A stretch of 64,000 nt of DNA from Hydrolagus colliei (GCA_035084275.1 CM068749.1:15252001-15316000), one strand, 5' to 3'. Numbered from the stretch's first letter, positions 13,981 through 25,841 are shown. Program-made: numbers and translations. Notes: a model not told the origin generated them from the letters alone.

Positions 13981-16857
13981 CATGAAAGCATTTACTATTA
14001 AAAAGTATTTTATTCTGTGCTAAATCTTGTGTTGGAGGAGTTCATAAACTTGTCAATGGCAAATATGCCTGCAAACTCGCAGTCAGATACAACACAAGCG
14101 TTCACCATCTATTTCTGGAGTGAAATATCACCTGAATCACTGGAAGATCTAAAAGGATTTGTTGTCAAGGAATATTGAGAGAAACACTGCAAATTAAACC
14201 TATTCTTTATCATGTAACCTAACATGGTTCTCCTTCAATAAATGTTCAATAAATGCACTTTAATTCAAATGGAATGCATAGGTAACACTGGTTTATGTAT
14301 TTCAAATTCACAAGATGATCATTGGGAAGGAACTTGGCTTTGAAAAAGCCTTCAAAATCTAACATATAAATACAACAAGTTGTAGTCTGAAATATTGCTC
14401 AAGAACCCTATCCTATTATTACTGACCTCAAAATTTCAGGAAATGCAGTGATTTTCCCAAAGGGCTTCATTACAGAGGATTTTTAAACTGCAGAACACTG
14501 AACTTTCTCAACAATGCATCTGGAAACGTCTGTAAGCTCTCTTGTTAAAATTCAGCAGCTAAAAATAGTCACAGAAACCCCCCTCCTCAGTATCTGTGAC
14601 ACATGTTAACAAACCTCTCAATGTTGACACTGTCAAATTATTTCGGTGCAGTCCATAATCATTTGGACCAAACTGATGTGGTTTTTACATTGCAAAGTAA
14701 CAGTGTATGATGATGTTGATGATGTCCTCAGAGACCTGATCTTAACACCGCCTGAATGAAATGGTTTAAAGAGCAGTGTAATTCACGCCTGATCCAGTTA
14801 TGGTGTGAATCACCCGTGACCTGGTGAAATCTTTGTAATGGACAATGGAACTGCGCTGTATTTGTTACTTATTTATGCAATTTTTAAAGTTTTTTACAAA
14901 TGTCAAATGACAAAATATCGGAAAACATCTTTGTACAAGCTGATTCAATACACTACAAAGACCAGGAAATATATGCCAGACTTACTGCTTTGGATCATAA
15001 TATTGCTTGGCGTGGCTTTGTTCCCAGTCGCAAAAGAACAGCAGGAATGAAATCTCAATTATTTAATTAAATGTGCATTGCAAAATATATTACTGTATGA
15101 AGAAAAGAATGCATTTGGGGAGCCAACGACAATTGTATTGAGCTGACACCGCCTTGGGACGTCCTCCCGACGAGAAAGGCGTGATACAAATGTCATTTTG
15201 TTGTTGGTGGTGGTTGCTGTGACTGTATTAAGTATCTCCCATGTGAGCATATTCTAGTTACTGAACCTAATTTGGTGCTATTTATCACAGAATACATCTT
15301 GCAACTCAAGCCTAATATTTTCAGTAGAAACTGCTATATTTAGGAGCCAAACTAAATTTAGCTCCCACTTGACCTTTCAAATTACAGCTAGATTGTACAG
15401 CAAAATAGCTCAATACAATTTTAGTTAATTCACAAATCGCTTCACCTATAAAATGTAGAGTCACTACTCTTTACGGTAGATATCCCGTGAAGTGCTTTGA
15501 AACATCCGCCCAAAGTTCTCCCAACGTAATAGATTCGCACCATAATAATTCTAATAAATCCAAGGATTTTGATTCTTTTTCTTCACTGCATATTCTTCAA
15601 TTACAATGCGAGTCACCCCATCAGAAATTACAAGTCACTCGGAAAAAGTTCTCCTCTCACGCTCATTTAATCTCTCCATCTATATATGTTTCGACCTCAT
15701 GCATACATTTAGAACTAAGGAGCTTTTCGATGAACCTCAGTTTCATTAACATATGCATGTCCTTGAAAAACAAATCACTAGGATCATTTGGCCTGATCAT
15801 AGAATCAAATGAAATTGTGTATTTAGAGAAAGTAATAAAACAAAGCATGAGGATTTTTTTTATGAATTGAGGTAATGCACTGAGTATGATTTTATTCTTC
15901 CCAGTATAAGAATAGAGAGCTTTTACTAATTTTGTATGTGCATCAAATACCAACAGAATTGGAGGCAGAATTAAGAGTCTTCAACTTACTCCATGTATTT
16001 ATTATTTGAAATCATCTTTAACTTTCAAAGGATATGACCCCAAATTCACAATGGAATAGTCCTACCAAGACATATAACTCAGGCAAGTAGATGTCTGTCA
16101 TATGCCATAAAGCTGAACATTTCATTGCGCCAGAGAATGGCCACTTTAATCTTTATCCTGTAAAAATAATATGTAAAGGTGTATCAAGCTTTTACCTTCA
16201 GAGGTACGGTAACCACATGAAGCTGGTGAGGCTAAATTTAATTACTTTCAATTACATCTTTTGAGCAATGACAAATAGGCTTCTGCAAACTACTAAAATA
16301 GAAGTGCAGCTTACCTGTTTGTAGCTAACCTTTCTTTTTAAATGCAATAAAACAAAGGTAATTTCTAACCTGGTATATGCTGCAGCGAAAAGCAATAAAT
16401 GTGAAGTATAGTTTTAGGAACTCAGCATATGTACTTAATAGTTGCAGCTTTTTGTACTATACAGTTAAGAATTGTCATATTTCCTGCCAGAGCACCGCAT
16501 CCACTGATGTGTCTTTAATGATAAATCAAAGAGCGAAACATTATATAGCTTCAGGTCAACGAGCTGGAGTGGTGAACTAATGTTCTGTTCATTAACTATT
16601 TTGCTCAAATTTCAATTTGCATTGAGTAGCCAACTAATTATCAAGACCTTTGTTTTAATGTGAGCTGTCGGAGAAGGAGTTCAGCAACTGATTGAGCTCA
16701 GCAAAGGATCTTATGTATAAAATGGAAGCCCTATATATTTTTTTTCACAGACATCACAATCCAATGAAAATTGAGATAGAAATTATTGCTCACAGGTTGA
16801 AAATGTTCTTGGCTTCTCTTCAGTTTTCAGAGTGGCTTCTGAACTTAAGAAATGTAC

Positions 16858-16988
16858 CAAAAAGCAAAAATACTACAGATGCTGGAAATGCCGAAAGAAC
16901 AAAAATTGCTGGGAACACTGAGGAGGTCAGGTAGCATCTATGGAGAAAGGAAAGCGAGTCAACGTTTTAGGTCCACGACCCTTTGGCG
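16858..16988 (-). mobile_element. Short interspersed insert, possibly Penelope-derived, with 9-bp TSD
   Basis: Flanked by GAAATGTAC at 16849-16857 and 16989-16997. The body (CAGATGCTGGAAAT...GGTCAGGTAGCATCT..GGAGA...AACGTTT) resembles a common chondrichthyan repeat, recognised from memory. Confidence 0.65.
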
Positions 16989-18139
16989 GAAATGTACTTC
17001 CTAATTGGCCAGGAAACAGAAGGACTACAAGGTGCCATGATGGTCATGATGAGACCAGCTCAGAATGATTCATGTTTAGAACCACACAACAAAGGGTTTA
17101 CAGACAGACGATCTTTACAAGAAGAAACATGCTGGTTTAGCGGTTCATTATGATACAGTATATCATTGACAAGACAAGAAATATTGGCTAAGTATATCAT
17201 AGATTATACAGTCAATTCCGCTTCCACCCGCCCACTCCCCCCATCCCTCTCAACATTTCCCCCCATCCCAGCATGGGCTCCCAATCAACTGTCTAAAGTA
17301 TTTTTAAATGGACTCTCAATGTGAAATGTGCCATATCAATATTGATTACTATGACAAGGAAAAGGAAAAGTTAAGGAATAAGTAAGCAATGATGGGCAGA
17401 TATTTTCAGCAGCTCATTGAATATGAGTACATATTTGGTGGAGTAAAATGATCTGAAAGCATTTCGAGGACACAATCCAAATTCAAATGTAAATATGATC
17501 AATGAGTAAAACAAGGGTTTCTGAATTGGAGATAGTCACTTATGAATGTTGTGATCTTTATTGTTAAAGATTTAATTCTAAATTAAAGTTTGAAATCATA
17601 TTGTAATGATTACTACATAAACTGCCTTTAACAGACTCTTGGTGAAATTCAGGGGCTCTCTTTATTGAAACTGAGAAGCGCATTTAAGTTTTGTTTTAAA
17701 AATATGGTTAGGTGATAACAGAAGGGATGAATAAAATATTAAATGATTAACAGTATAAATTTGAATAAATTGAGTACCGGTAATGAAATTCTCCAGTGAT
17801 CATTCCTTTGAGCTCTATATTCACAATTTGCAGAGTTAGGGTTAGGGTTATCTAGGCGATTAAAGGCAGAAATTCTTCATTTTGCGATGAAATATGGTTA
17901 TGTGTGAGCATAACTCTTATATTTATTGCAGAGTTCAGCATCCCAAAAGATTAATAACAGTATACCAGATATTAATGTTTTATATAATGATGAATCATAT
18001 TAATAATAACCACATACATGAGTGTTATTATTTGGCAGTCATTGAACCATGGATGGGCGAAAGGAATATAATGTGCATAAATGAAAAATCAATACAAGAT
18101 ATGAAAAATATTAGCAATGATTACAAGGTGGTGATGCGA

Positions 18140-18710
18140 TGAAGATAAAGCATTTTAGGAGTAGCTGTAAACTAATATTTGAACATAACCTTTAGAGCGC
18201 ATTACAAACAATTAATAGAGAAAACGCATTGCTAAGGTACATTGACAGAACCATTGGCGCATAGGAATGTAAAGAACAGAAAAGATCTTCAAAGTGATCA
18301 TAAAAGACCTTCACAAATAAAGCAGAATATTCAGTTCAAGGATAATGCTCGAATTCCTTAGAAAAATTATGCATTATGTCATTTTCCTCAGCAGATCAGC
18401 ATAACCCTTGAGATGAAAGAAAGTTTGGGAGGAACTTCACGTCTAGATGTGCTGATTTTTGAAAGTTACTGTTAAGTATAGTAAATGTTGACTCTTTAAA
18501 AAAACTGAATTGACAGATTACAAATATAGGGTGTTAGAAGGATATTATCTTCAATCAAGGTTGAGATGGTGATTGATGGGATGGAGGTTTTACATGATAC
18601 AGAGGTAGACAACAACAAACAGAGCTTTTTGTAGCAACTGTCCTCTGGATGGACTGAATTTGATGAGATAAAAGACGATTGTTGTTCTATAAATTCTTAT
18701 GTACTTGTCA
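18140..18710 (+). mobile_element. Ancient CR1/L3-like 3' fragment
   Basis: Decayed LGV..NxTFRAH...KT region and a terminal AAATTCTTATGTACTT resembling the CR1 tail. Confidence 0.45.
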
Positions 18711-18724
18711 AAGTTGGTGGTCTT

Positions 18725-18935
18725 TCAGCACCTTGGGATGTCCTCCAAATGTGAAGGGCAGTCAATAAATGTAATTTTGTTGTATTTTTGTCTTTAACAA
18801 TTGGCTGCTGCATTTACCCATAAATATACAGTCAATTCACTTTACAGTATATTCTGTGAAGTGCTTTGAGACGTCTAGAAGACGTGAAAAGTGCTATATC
18901 AAAAGCAAGGATTATTTATTTATTTGTTTATTTAT

Positions 18936-18994
<59 letters not shown>

Positions 18995-19640
18995 TTTTAA
19001 CACGAATAAAACAAAACCAGTAGCATATGGTCAGTGGCCCAATATTCCAGTTATTTTATCCCATTTACTTATTTACTTTTGAATTACAATATATATTGTA
19101 TTATTACACGCGGCAGCCAATTGCGCACAGCAGTGTTCCACAAACACTGCCGTGCTTCCACAAACAGTCGTGGATTGAAATGACCAATTTATTGGTTTTG
19201 TTTGAGGGATTATTGTTAGGTGTGTGGAGTAAGGAAACTTGCCCAAGATTTCACCCTGCCTGGAATTATGTGAGGCAAGTGCTCTAACTACTGAGCTGCA
19301 GGACTCCAGAATTGTTACTGAAATAAATCATGCAAGAAAATGGATTAATTATAACTAAATTGTCACCAGTTACATTTTAAATGTTTACATTCCTAAACTG
19401 TGAATTTATCCCAAATAATACGCCTAATAATAATCCCTAAAAAAAATTGGTCATTTTAATCCACGACTGTGTGGGACACTGCTGTGCGCAATTGGCTGCC
19501 ACATTTTGCTCACAATATACAGTACTGTACAGTATATACTTTACAGTATATTCTGTGAAGCTCTTTGAGACGTCCAGAAGACATGAAAAGCGCTGTATCA
19601 AATGCAAGGATTATTATTATTATGATCATCATCATTAGCT
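18725..19640. mobile_element. SINE/L2-tail cluster: L2 tail (+), SINE tail (+), SINE 5' part (-, 19105-19310), SINE 3' part (+, 19418-19635)
   Basis: Direct similarity to the SINE and L2 copies listed above. Confidence 0.8.
18936..18995. repeat. (TTAG)n microsatellite grown from a SINE (TTAT)n tail
   Basis: About 14 perfect TTAG units directly after the TTAT-rich tail. Confidence 0.95.
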
Positions 19641-20359
19641 GCATAGGTATTTTGCATAACATTTAATTTTACTCTGAATCCAAAGTAGACACTGGGAATG
19701 TTGCCCGATGTCCCAACCAACATTCCTTGAGATAAATTGGCCATTTATTTAATGGCTCTTTGTGTGTGCAACTTGACTATTTATCTGGCTACAAATAGTG
19801 ACTTAATAACAATTAGCCTTGAAGCACTTTGAGATGTTGTAACATTTTAGGCTCTACATCAGATGTGAGTATTATTATTAATAACCTGCTGAATGTGAAC
19901 CACACAGAAGAAAATATATGCCGGAAGCCAAGCTTTCAATCTTACTATTGGCCATTTTATTGTTGATCCAAAATATTTTTTTTTGCAGGAATCTACACAT
20001 TTGCATGCTAACAAACACTTCTGTTACAAGACCAGTTTTAAATGCTCTGAGCACACAATGAAAGAGCAGAACAAATTTATGTTATTGAAGGGATTTCAGT
20101 TAATTAAGAGCCACTTATTTGTTAATTAATTTATGTTTTATAGGATAATTTTTTTGACATTATGTTGAAAAACAATATCTCTGATAATTGATTCAAGTGC
20201 AAAAACGGTCAATCTTTAGCTTTAGTCATTAGAATTTACTGCGGAAAAGGCAGATAATGAAATTTGAGACATTATCGAACAATTCTTTACGTGATCAATT
20301 GCTGGAAAGCAACAAGTTATTCCGTATATAGAATAATGGATTACCAGGAATGGATGAAA

Positions 20360-20618
20360 GCACGGGTGTGAGTAGGGGTTTGAGGGTGATCTCATGAAAC
20401 ACTTCAGCTTGGTTCTCACATGGACAAAAGGAAGGTTTAAGAGACGGGCCTTGAAGGAGGCAAGGGAGGGAGTTTGGCCAAGGAACTTGCAATGGATTTT
20501 CAGAGGGTAGGAGCAGAAAGGCTGAATGCCCAACTACATTATTAGTGGAGTGAGTAGGTCAGGGAACATGGGACAGATCAATACCCACTGAGCAGATGGA
20601 TTTGGGCAGATTTTTAAG
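20360..20618 (-). mobile_element. Older L2 3' fragment hosting the hAT MITE
   Basis: Minus strand PFCSYPLK...PSLASFKARL resembles the L2 C-terminus at 7800-7900. Confidence 0.6.
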
Positions 20619-20626
20619 GTTTAAAG

Positions 20627-21004
20627 CAGTGGTTCCCAACCTCGGGTCCCGACCCAAATCAGGGTGGCCAGGGTCCTCAGTTGGGTCACGAAGGGTCATT
20701 GGGTCATCAGAAAAAAATGTTGTTACTTTTTTTAATATTGAAAATGCTTTTTTAACGCTCAAAAAAGTGCCCGAGGCAACACCGCCGACCAATTTATGTG
20801 AAAGAGCGAACTTACGAATTGCGCTGAGTCCTCAAAAGAGACAAAGATAATGTTTTGGCTGAGCTTCGCTTCGGTCACGATGTCACCCCCTAAGGGTGCG
20901 AGGACCTGTTGGAGGCTAATTTGGGTCACACACAAAAAAATTGGGTCACGAGGACCTGTTGGTGGTTAATTTGGGTCGTAGCAAAAAAAGGTTGAGAACC
21001 ACTG
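20627..21004. mobile_element. Non-autonomous hAT (Charlie-like) MITE, 378 bp
   Basis: TIRs CAGTGGTTCCCAACCT / AGGTTGAGAACCACTG; perfect 8-bp TSD GTTTAAAG (20619-20626 and 21005-21012); repeated TTGGGTC subterminal motifs. Confidence 0.92.
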
Positions 21005-22299
21005 GTTTAAAGAGTGGCAGATGTTTGATTTATATCATTAACAATGTTTTGGAGCTTGTTAGTTTCAAGAATGTTTTGCACGCTGGAATATTCAATGCAA
21101 AATAAGTAGGGGCAGTCACTATAAATGGGCCATTGTGTTTCAAAGTGGGGAGAAGTTCAGTACAGTATTTGCCATTGACTGAAGAGAGATAAATTAATAT
21201 AGCTTGCAGTGTAGGAATGAAATCCATTATAAAGTAAACAGTCCTCCAGGATGTTCTGAGTCTTCTTTGCATATGTAAACTAAATAACCCAGTCACCTCA
21301 CAATAAACTCCAACCAGTAGTGCATGACGTGCATGGGTTACAAAGTGGATTAAATGATCAAAAGGATTACCTAAAAGATCAAAGATAATGAATTAATGAC
21401 GAAAGTAAGTTCAGCCCACGTGAAAGGGCTGTGAACAGACGCAATTACATTATTGTAATTGTCTTTTTGTATACCCTCCGCGCCTCCCACCGTTCCTAGA
21501 TAAGGAGAAAAACACTTAAGTCAAAGCAGGGCATGGTGTGAAACTAATAATTGGGCATCTGTATGAGCAAAATCAATGGACATCACTGCACTTTCTTCTC
21601 TGATCAAGACAATTCTTTGGCTAGGGACAGGGCAAGAGATCTGACCTTACAATCCATCAACAAGCAGTCTGACCAATTAATGACACTAAGGCCGATTTAG
21701 GTTCACATCATAGCAGAGACTTTTATAAGATAGATCAAAGAGCTTTGGCCTGCATTAACTTTTCGATTTTCATGGAACACTGCCAGTCTGTCAGCCTGTG
21801 ACAGATTGAAGTCACCAGGAAAAAAAAAATCTGCTTCTTTCAAGTCAATTTCCAACAATATTTTTTATATATAAAAAGGCTAGATAGAATATACCATTCT
21901 CCAAAAAGAGAAATTATCCATTGCCATGAATATCTGAAATTGCTTCTGTGCAATACTTATTAAAAGTCAGCTGCTTCCCTGTCTTATCAGTCGTTTGTAA
22001 CAATCCTTTTAGACGAGACCTGGCATCTTGTTGTCAATATGCATTCCTTCTTTGCAGTATTCACGTTATGTGAAAGATTAAGTGTCACTTTTGCAGATCG
22101 TCCTCATATGATAAAATGGTAGTGTGCAGTGAATGAATCACTGGGAGATATTTCGGTAAGAATTGGGTAGCGTTTGTCTCAAGGGCAGTTCCCTGTTTGT
22201 TCTGTTTTGGAAAACCTTGCCTACAGTTTCATTGTGTTTGAGTAAAATAATTAATAATAATAATACGACTCGAATTTGGGAAACTGCAGCCTTATCGTG

Positions 22300-23350
22300 T
22301 TGTTCAGACGTCTCAAAGCGCTTCACAGGGTATACCGTAAACTGCGTTATTTTGTGGGCAAGTAGAATCGCACATAATTGGCCTCCCGTCGCCTCATGGC
22401 GCAGATAGTAAAATCAAAGTGGGGGAATACGTCAGCTGATTAAATCACTATTTTTTCGGGGGTGGTGGTGGGGGGGGGAGAGCGTTTTTTCAACCATGAA
22501 AAATTTGTCGCTACTTCTTCTTTTGCTTTCTCCCCAAGGCGCCCTGATGTATTTTCCTAATATATTCACACGACTCTATCTCTCACTCTCCTCCCTCCCT
22601 TCCCCCCCCCCCCCCCCCCAACCCCCACCACCTCCCTCCCCCTCTCCCCCTACTCCTCCCCCAACCAACTCCCCACCCCCCCAAATGAAGATCACCACCA
22701 TCACAAAAGAACATTGTTGTGTGCCTGACAGGCAGGTGGGGTGTTAGGACCCGGAGGAGCTCACTGGCTTTGGTGCCAGTCCCAGGGTCTGGTCTGCACA
22801 ATAAGCATGTTACTGGAGAGACGGAAGAACAGTTTGAGATTCTCAGTCAATAATCTCTGCCAAAGAAACGCACACACTCTCTCTCTCTCTCTCTTTTTAT
22901 TTGCATCTCCTCGTGTGCAACCATTGGCAGGATGGATGTGTGATTTCTCTCCCGTGTATCCCTGAACACGGTTGCGGGGAGAAGTGCCCACGGATGATGC
23001 ACAAGCCGGTGGGATCAGAACAACAGTCACAGAGATGAAGAGGCTGGTGGTATTTTGCGGGCAACTATTTTATTGATGGATATGTGTGTGTGTGTGTGTT
23101 AAAAATAATATGTACATTATTATTGTATGATTCCCTCGCGTGTCCCCGTAAAATTGCAAGTGATGGGGTGTGGGTGGGTGGGTGGGTGGGTTGGTGGGGA
23201 ATGAGACGAGCTGAAGGTTAACTCTGATTGCAACTTGAACTTTTTCTGATTGGAATTTTAAAATTGAACCCAAAACAATAAATGTAGAGCACCGGTAGCT
23301 GACTTCAGCCAGTCGATTTCACCCGCCACGTTGCCACGCGTTTTAACCCG
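22300..23350 (+). promoter_or_regulatory. ST6GALNAC5 promoter / 5' region (CpG-enriched, G- and C-tracts)
   Basis: Local rise in GC and CpG around coding exon 1 against an AT-rich, CpG-depleted background. The TSS cannot be placed. Confidence 0.6.
23035..23049 (+). CDS. ST6GALNAC5: ST6GALNAC5 coding exon 1 (MKRLV)
   Basis: GAG ATG AAG AGG CTG GTG|gtattt: a 15-nt phase-0 coding exon like the short MKTLM first exon of mammalian ST6GALNAC5. Good Kozak -3 purine, lies in a CpG-enriched region, and joins exon 2 in frame. Confidence 0.85.
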
Positions 23351-23430
23351 AGTGTCTACATCAAGTCAGCTTCGAAACGGTCCTCATTTGACTTTGCAAA
23401 CTACAGTACTGTAACCTCCTTATTTTTTTT

Positions 23431-23447
23431 ACACACACACATTCACA

Positions 23448-23479
<32 letters not shown>

Positions 23480-23497
23480 CATACGGACACACACACA
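23431..23497. repeat. (CA)n/(GA)n microsatellite in ST6GALNAC5 intron 1
   Basis: Read directly from the sequence. Confidence 0.9.
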
Positions 23498-23537
23498 AGC
23501 AAATTTCAAAGTGCTTTTGTATTCCTGGTGCGTTTAG

Positions 23538-23732
23538 AGACATGGAATCGTTGTTTTCTTGGGTGTTTTCGTGTGTGCGAGCTTCCTGGCCATATACAGC
23601 TCCAACAGAGATCAGAGCGCCCAGTCCCACCAGCCTTACAGAGGACAAGAGGAGGAGAGCAGAGGCAAACAGAGCCACACACAGCCACAGTCCCCGCTGC
23701 TCCGTGGATACAGCAACTTTATTGATCACAAG
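23538..23732 (+). CDS. ST6GALNAC5: ST6GALNAC5 coding exon 2 (signal-anchor TM and stem: RHGIVVFLGVFVCASFLAIYSS...GYSNFIDHK)
   Basis: Acceptor cgtttag|AGA, donor AAG|gtaaat; 195 nt, phase 0/0. Hydrophobic type II anchor; starts RHG and ends GY...DHK as in the orthologue. Confidence 0.92.
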
Positions 23733-25841
23733 GTAAATCGAACCAAATCAGATCTGTATTTGGCTGAATATTCCCCCCTCCCCTCCCACCCCCAACACCG
23801 TGAGGTTATGTATGTGATTGTAGTTCATCTGAATCCAACACCCACCAGCCCTCCCCCCCACCTCCCAAAAAAAGATATATATATATACTGTATACTAAAA
23901 GAAAAGTGAGGGTAATTTACTGAGCTGATGGGTGTTGGAGCAGACTGAAACAGCAGTACTTGAGGGTTTAGCTTGTATTACACAGGAGTGGGCACTGATT
24001 TCTGGAAAATAATCCACTGTACTGTATGTACTCCGAGGTGCTGTTTGAAGGTTGGAAAGTCAAAATCAGCCTGTAGCAAATGTGACTTACTGATCAGGGG
24101 GTAAACCAGGAGGGATTTTTTTTTAATGCTGTGTAAAAATAATTGGTGCCACTATGTTTTCACTCTGTGCTAACCAGCTCATGTCAACAGCATTGTGCTT
24201 CAACCATTGTGAACGTTAATATCCTCTCGTCTCCCTCTCTCTCTCACTCACTGTCATCTGTCAGCAGGCTACAAAGCTTGAAAGTGGTTTGGACTCTGTT
24301 GCAGGTGTACTTTATCTTGCTTTGAATAAGCAATGTAGATCTGGTATAATTTTACCCCCGGGGTGTTAGTGGAAAAGAATTAAAGGCACTGAACACATAT
24401 TAATAGCTTTTTTTCCCCAAAAAAATTATCTCCCTTTTTCAAAACACCAAGTAACTACTGTTACTGATCTGCATTCGTCCATTGGGGAAAGCTTTGAAAA
24501 TGAGTAACCTTAACTAAACATCAAAACATTTCACAACACTGGTAAGTTATTTGGAGTGCAACCTCTTCATCCTCAAAAGACTGAAATATAGGAAACTTAG
24601 CCATGTATAAAATATTCCTGCTACTAATGAACCACTTTCTGCATGGTAATCAGCACAGGTAATGGTAATCAAACTGCTCGTACTTTACAAGTCTTGATTT
24701 TCCATTAATTAACAAGTACCTTTTTGTTTTATATTATTCTCATTAAAATGTGGTGCTGCCGCAGGGAGAAACCCATAACTATTAGCTTTCATTTCAATCG
24801 CTGTGCCTGATGTCGTTTCTTGGGTTTGTGCTTTTCCACAGAGATCCAGGCTAATTGACATGAAAGCATCACCACATCATTCTTGCAAAGATGGTTAATG
24901 TTAATGTTAACATATTCACCAAGGTCCAGTTCTGGATTCCTTCCTCCTCCACCGCCACCACTATATATTTTTTCTTGTGATGGCATTTTGTCTATTATTT
25001 TTCTATTGGGTATGATTTTACAACCACCCGAGTGGCCATTATTCACGTGTCAACCTTCACTGTGAGTTTTGGCAGGCTATTTAACGACAGCAGACATCAC
25101 AACCACAGCCAAACTTAATGCTTTCCTCCTCTGCTATCCACACATTGACTTCAAAGGGGTTGTAGAATAGCTATTAATGGCAGGAATGCTAGATGAGTTT
25201 ACACCTACAGTTAATCTCAGTACCATCATTGCCTTTTGGGTTGAGTTCACTTAAGGTAGCCTTGAGTGAATTGAACATGGAACTGACCTGGTTTCTTTGG
25301 CACGGGTGAATCATTTGAGAACACTCTGCATTGCCATTTAGAAAATATATATCAACCTTTCACTTAAGGAATTTTGACCTCATCAATATCAGTATAATTT
25401 CCACTAAGTCTGATTGATGCACAGTAATGGACTATGGAATATTTGCTGCAAGTTTCATTGATTAAAAATGATCGTTATTGAGCATCCCGGAGGCTAATTC
25501 TTTTCCACAATAAGTGTTAAATGTGATCGGTGGAGTGCGCTGATCAGATCCCAGTGATGTGAAAGTGTGTTGTATTTCCCTCCCCACCCACTTTTTAAAA
25601 AAAGGCAGAAAAGATAGTCATTTCTGGAAATGAGATTGTCAAAACCCCTCTTTTAATTAGCACTCTGGTTTGGACTCTTGATCAGCTTGCTCCACAATTA
25701 CAGTGCAGCGGTCCATGCTCAGGCTTATCATAATTGCGTTGTGTGCATATAAATATGTTTCAAGAGTAATGTTTGTCAAACCAACTCAGCACTCTTTCAA
25801 CAATGTAACTCTGGTTCCTGTTGGGAATTGTATGATGCCCG

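Noticed and set aside
17836-17850. TTAGGG repeats as an interstitial telomere
   Set aside because: Only 2.5 units, so chance is adequate.
22496-22801. Pro-rich and Gly-rich ORFs upstream of ST6GALNAC5
   Set aside because: These are translations of the C-tract.
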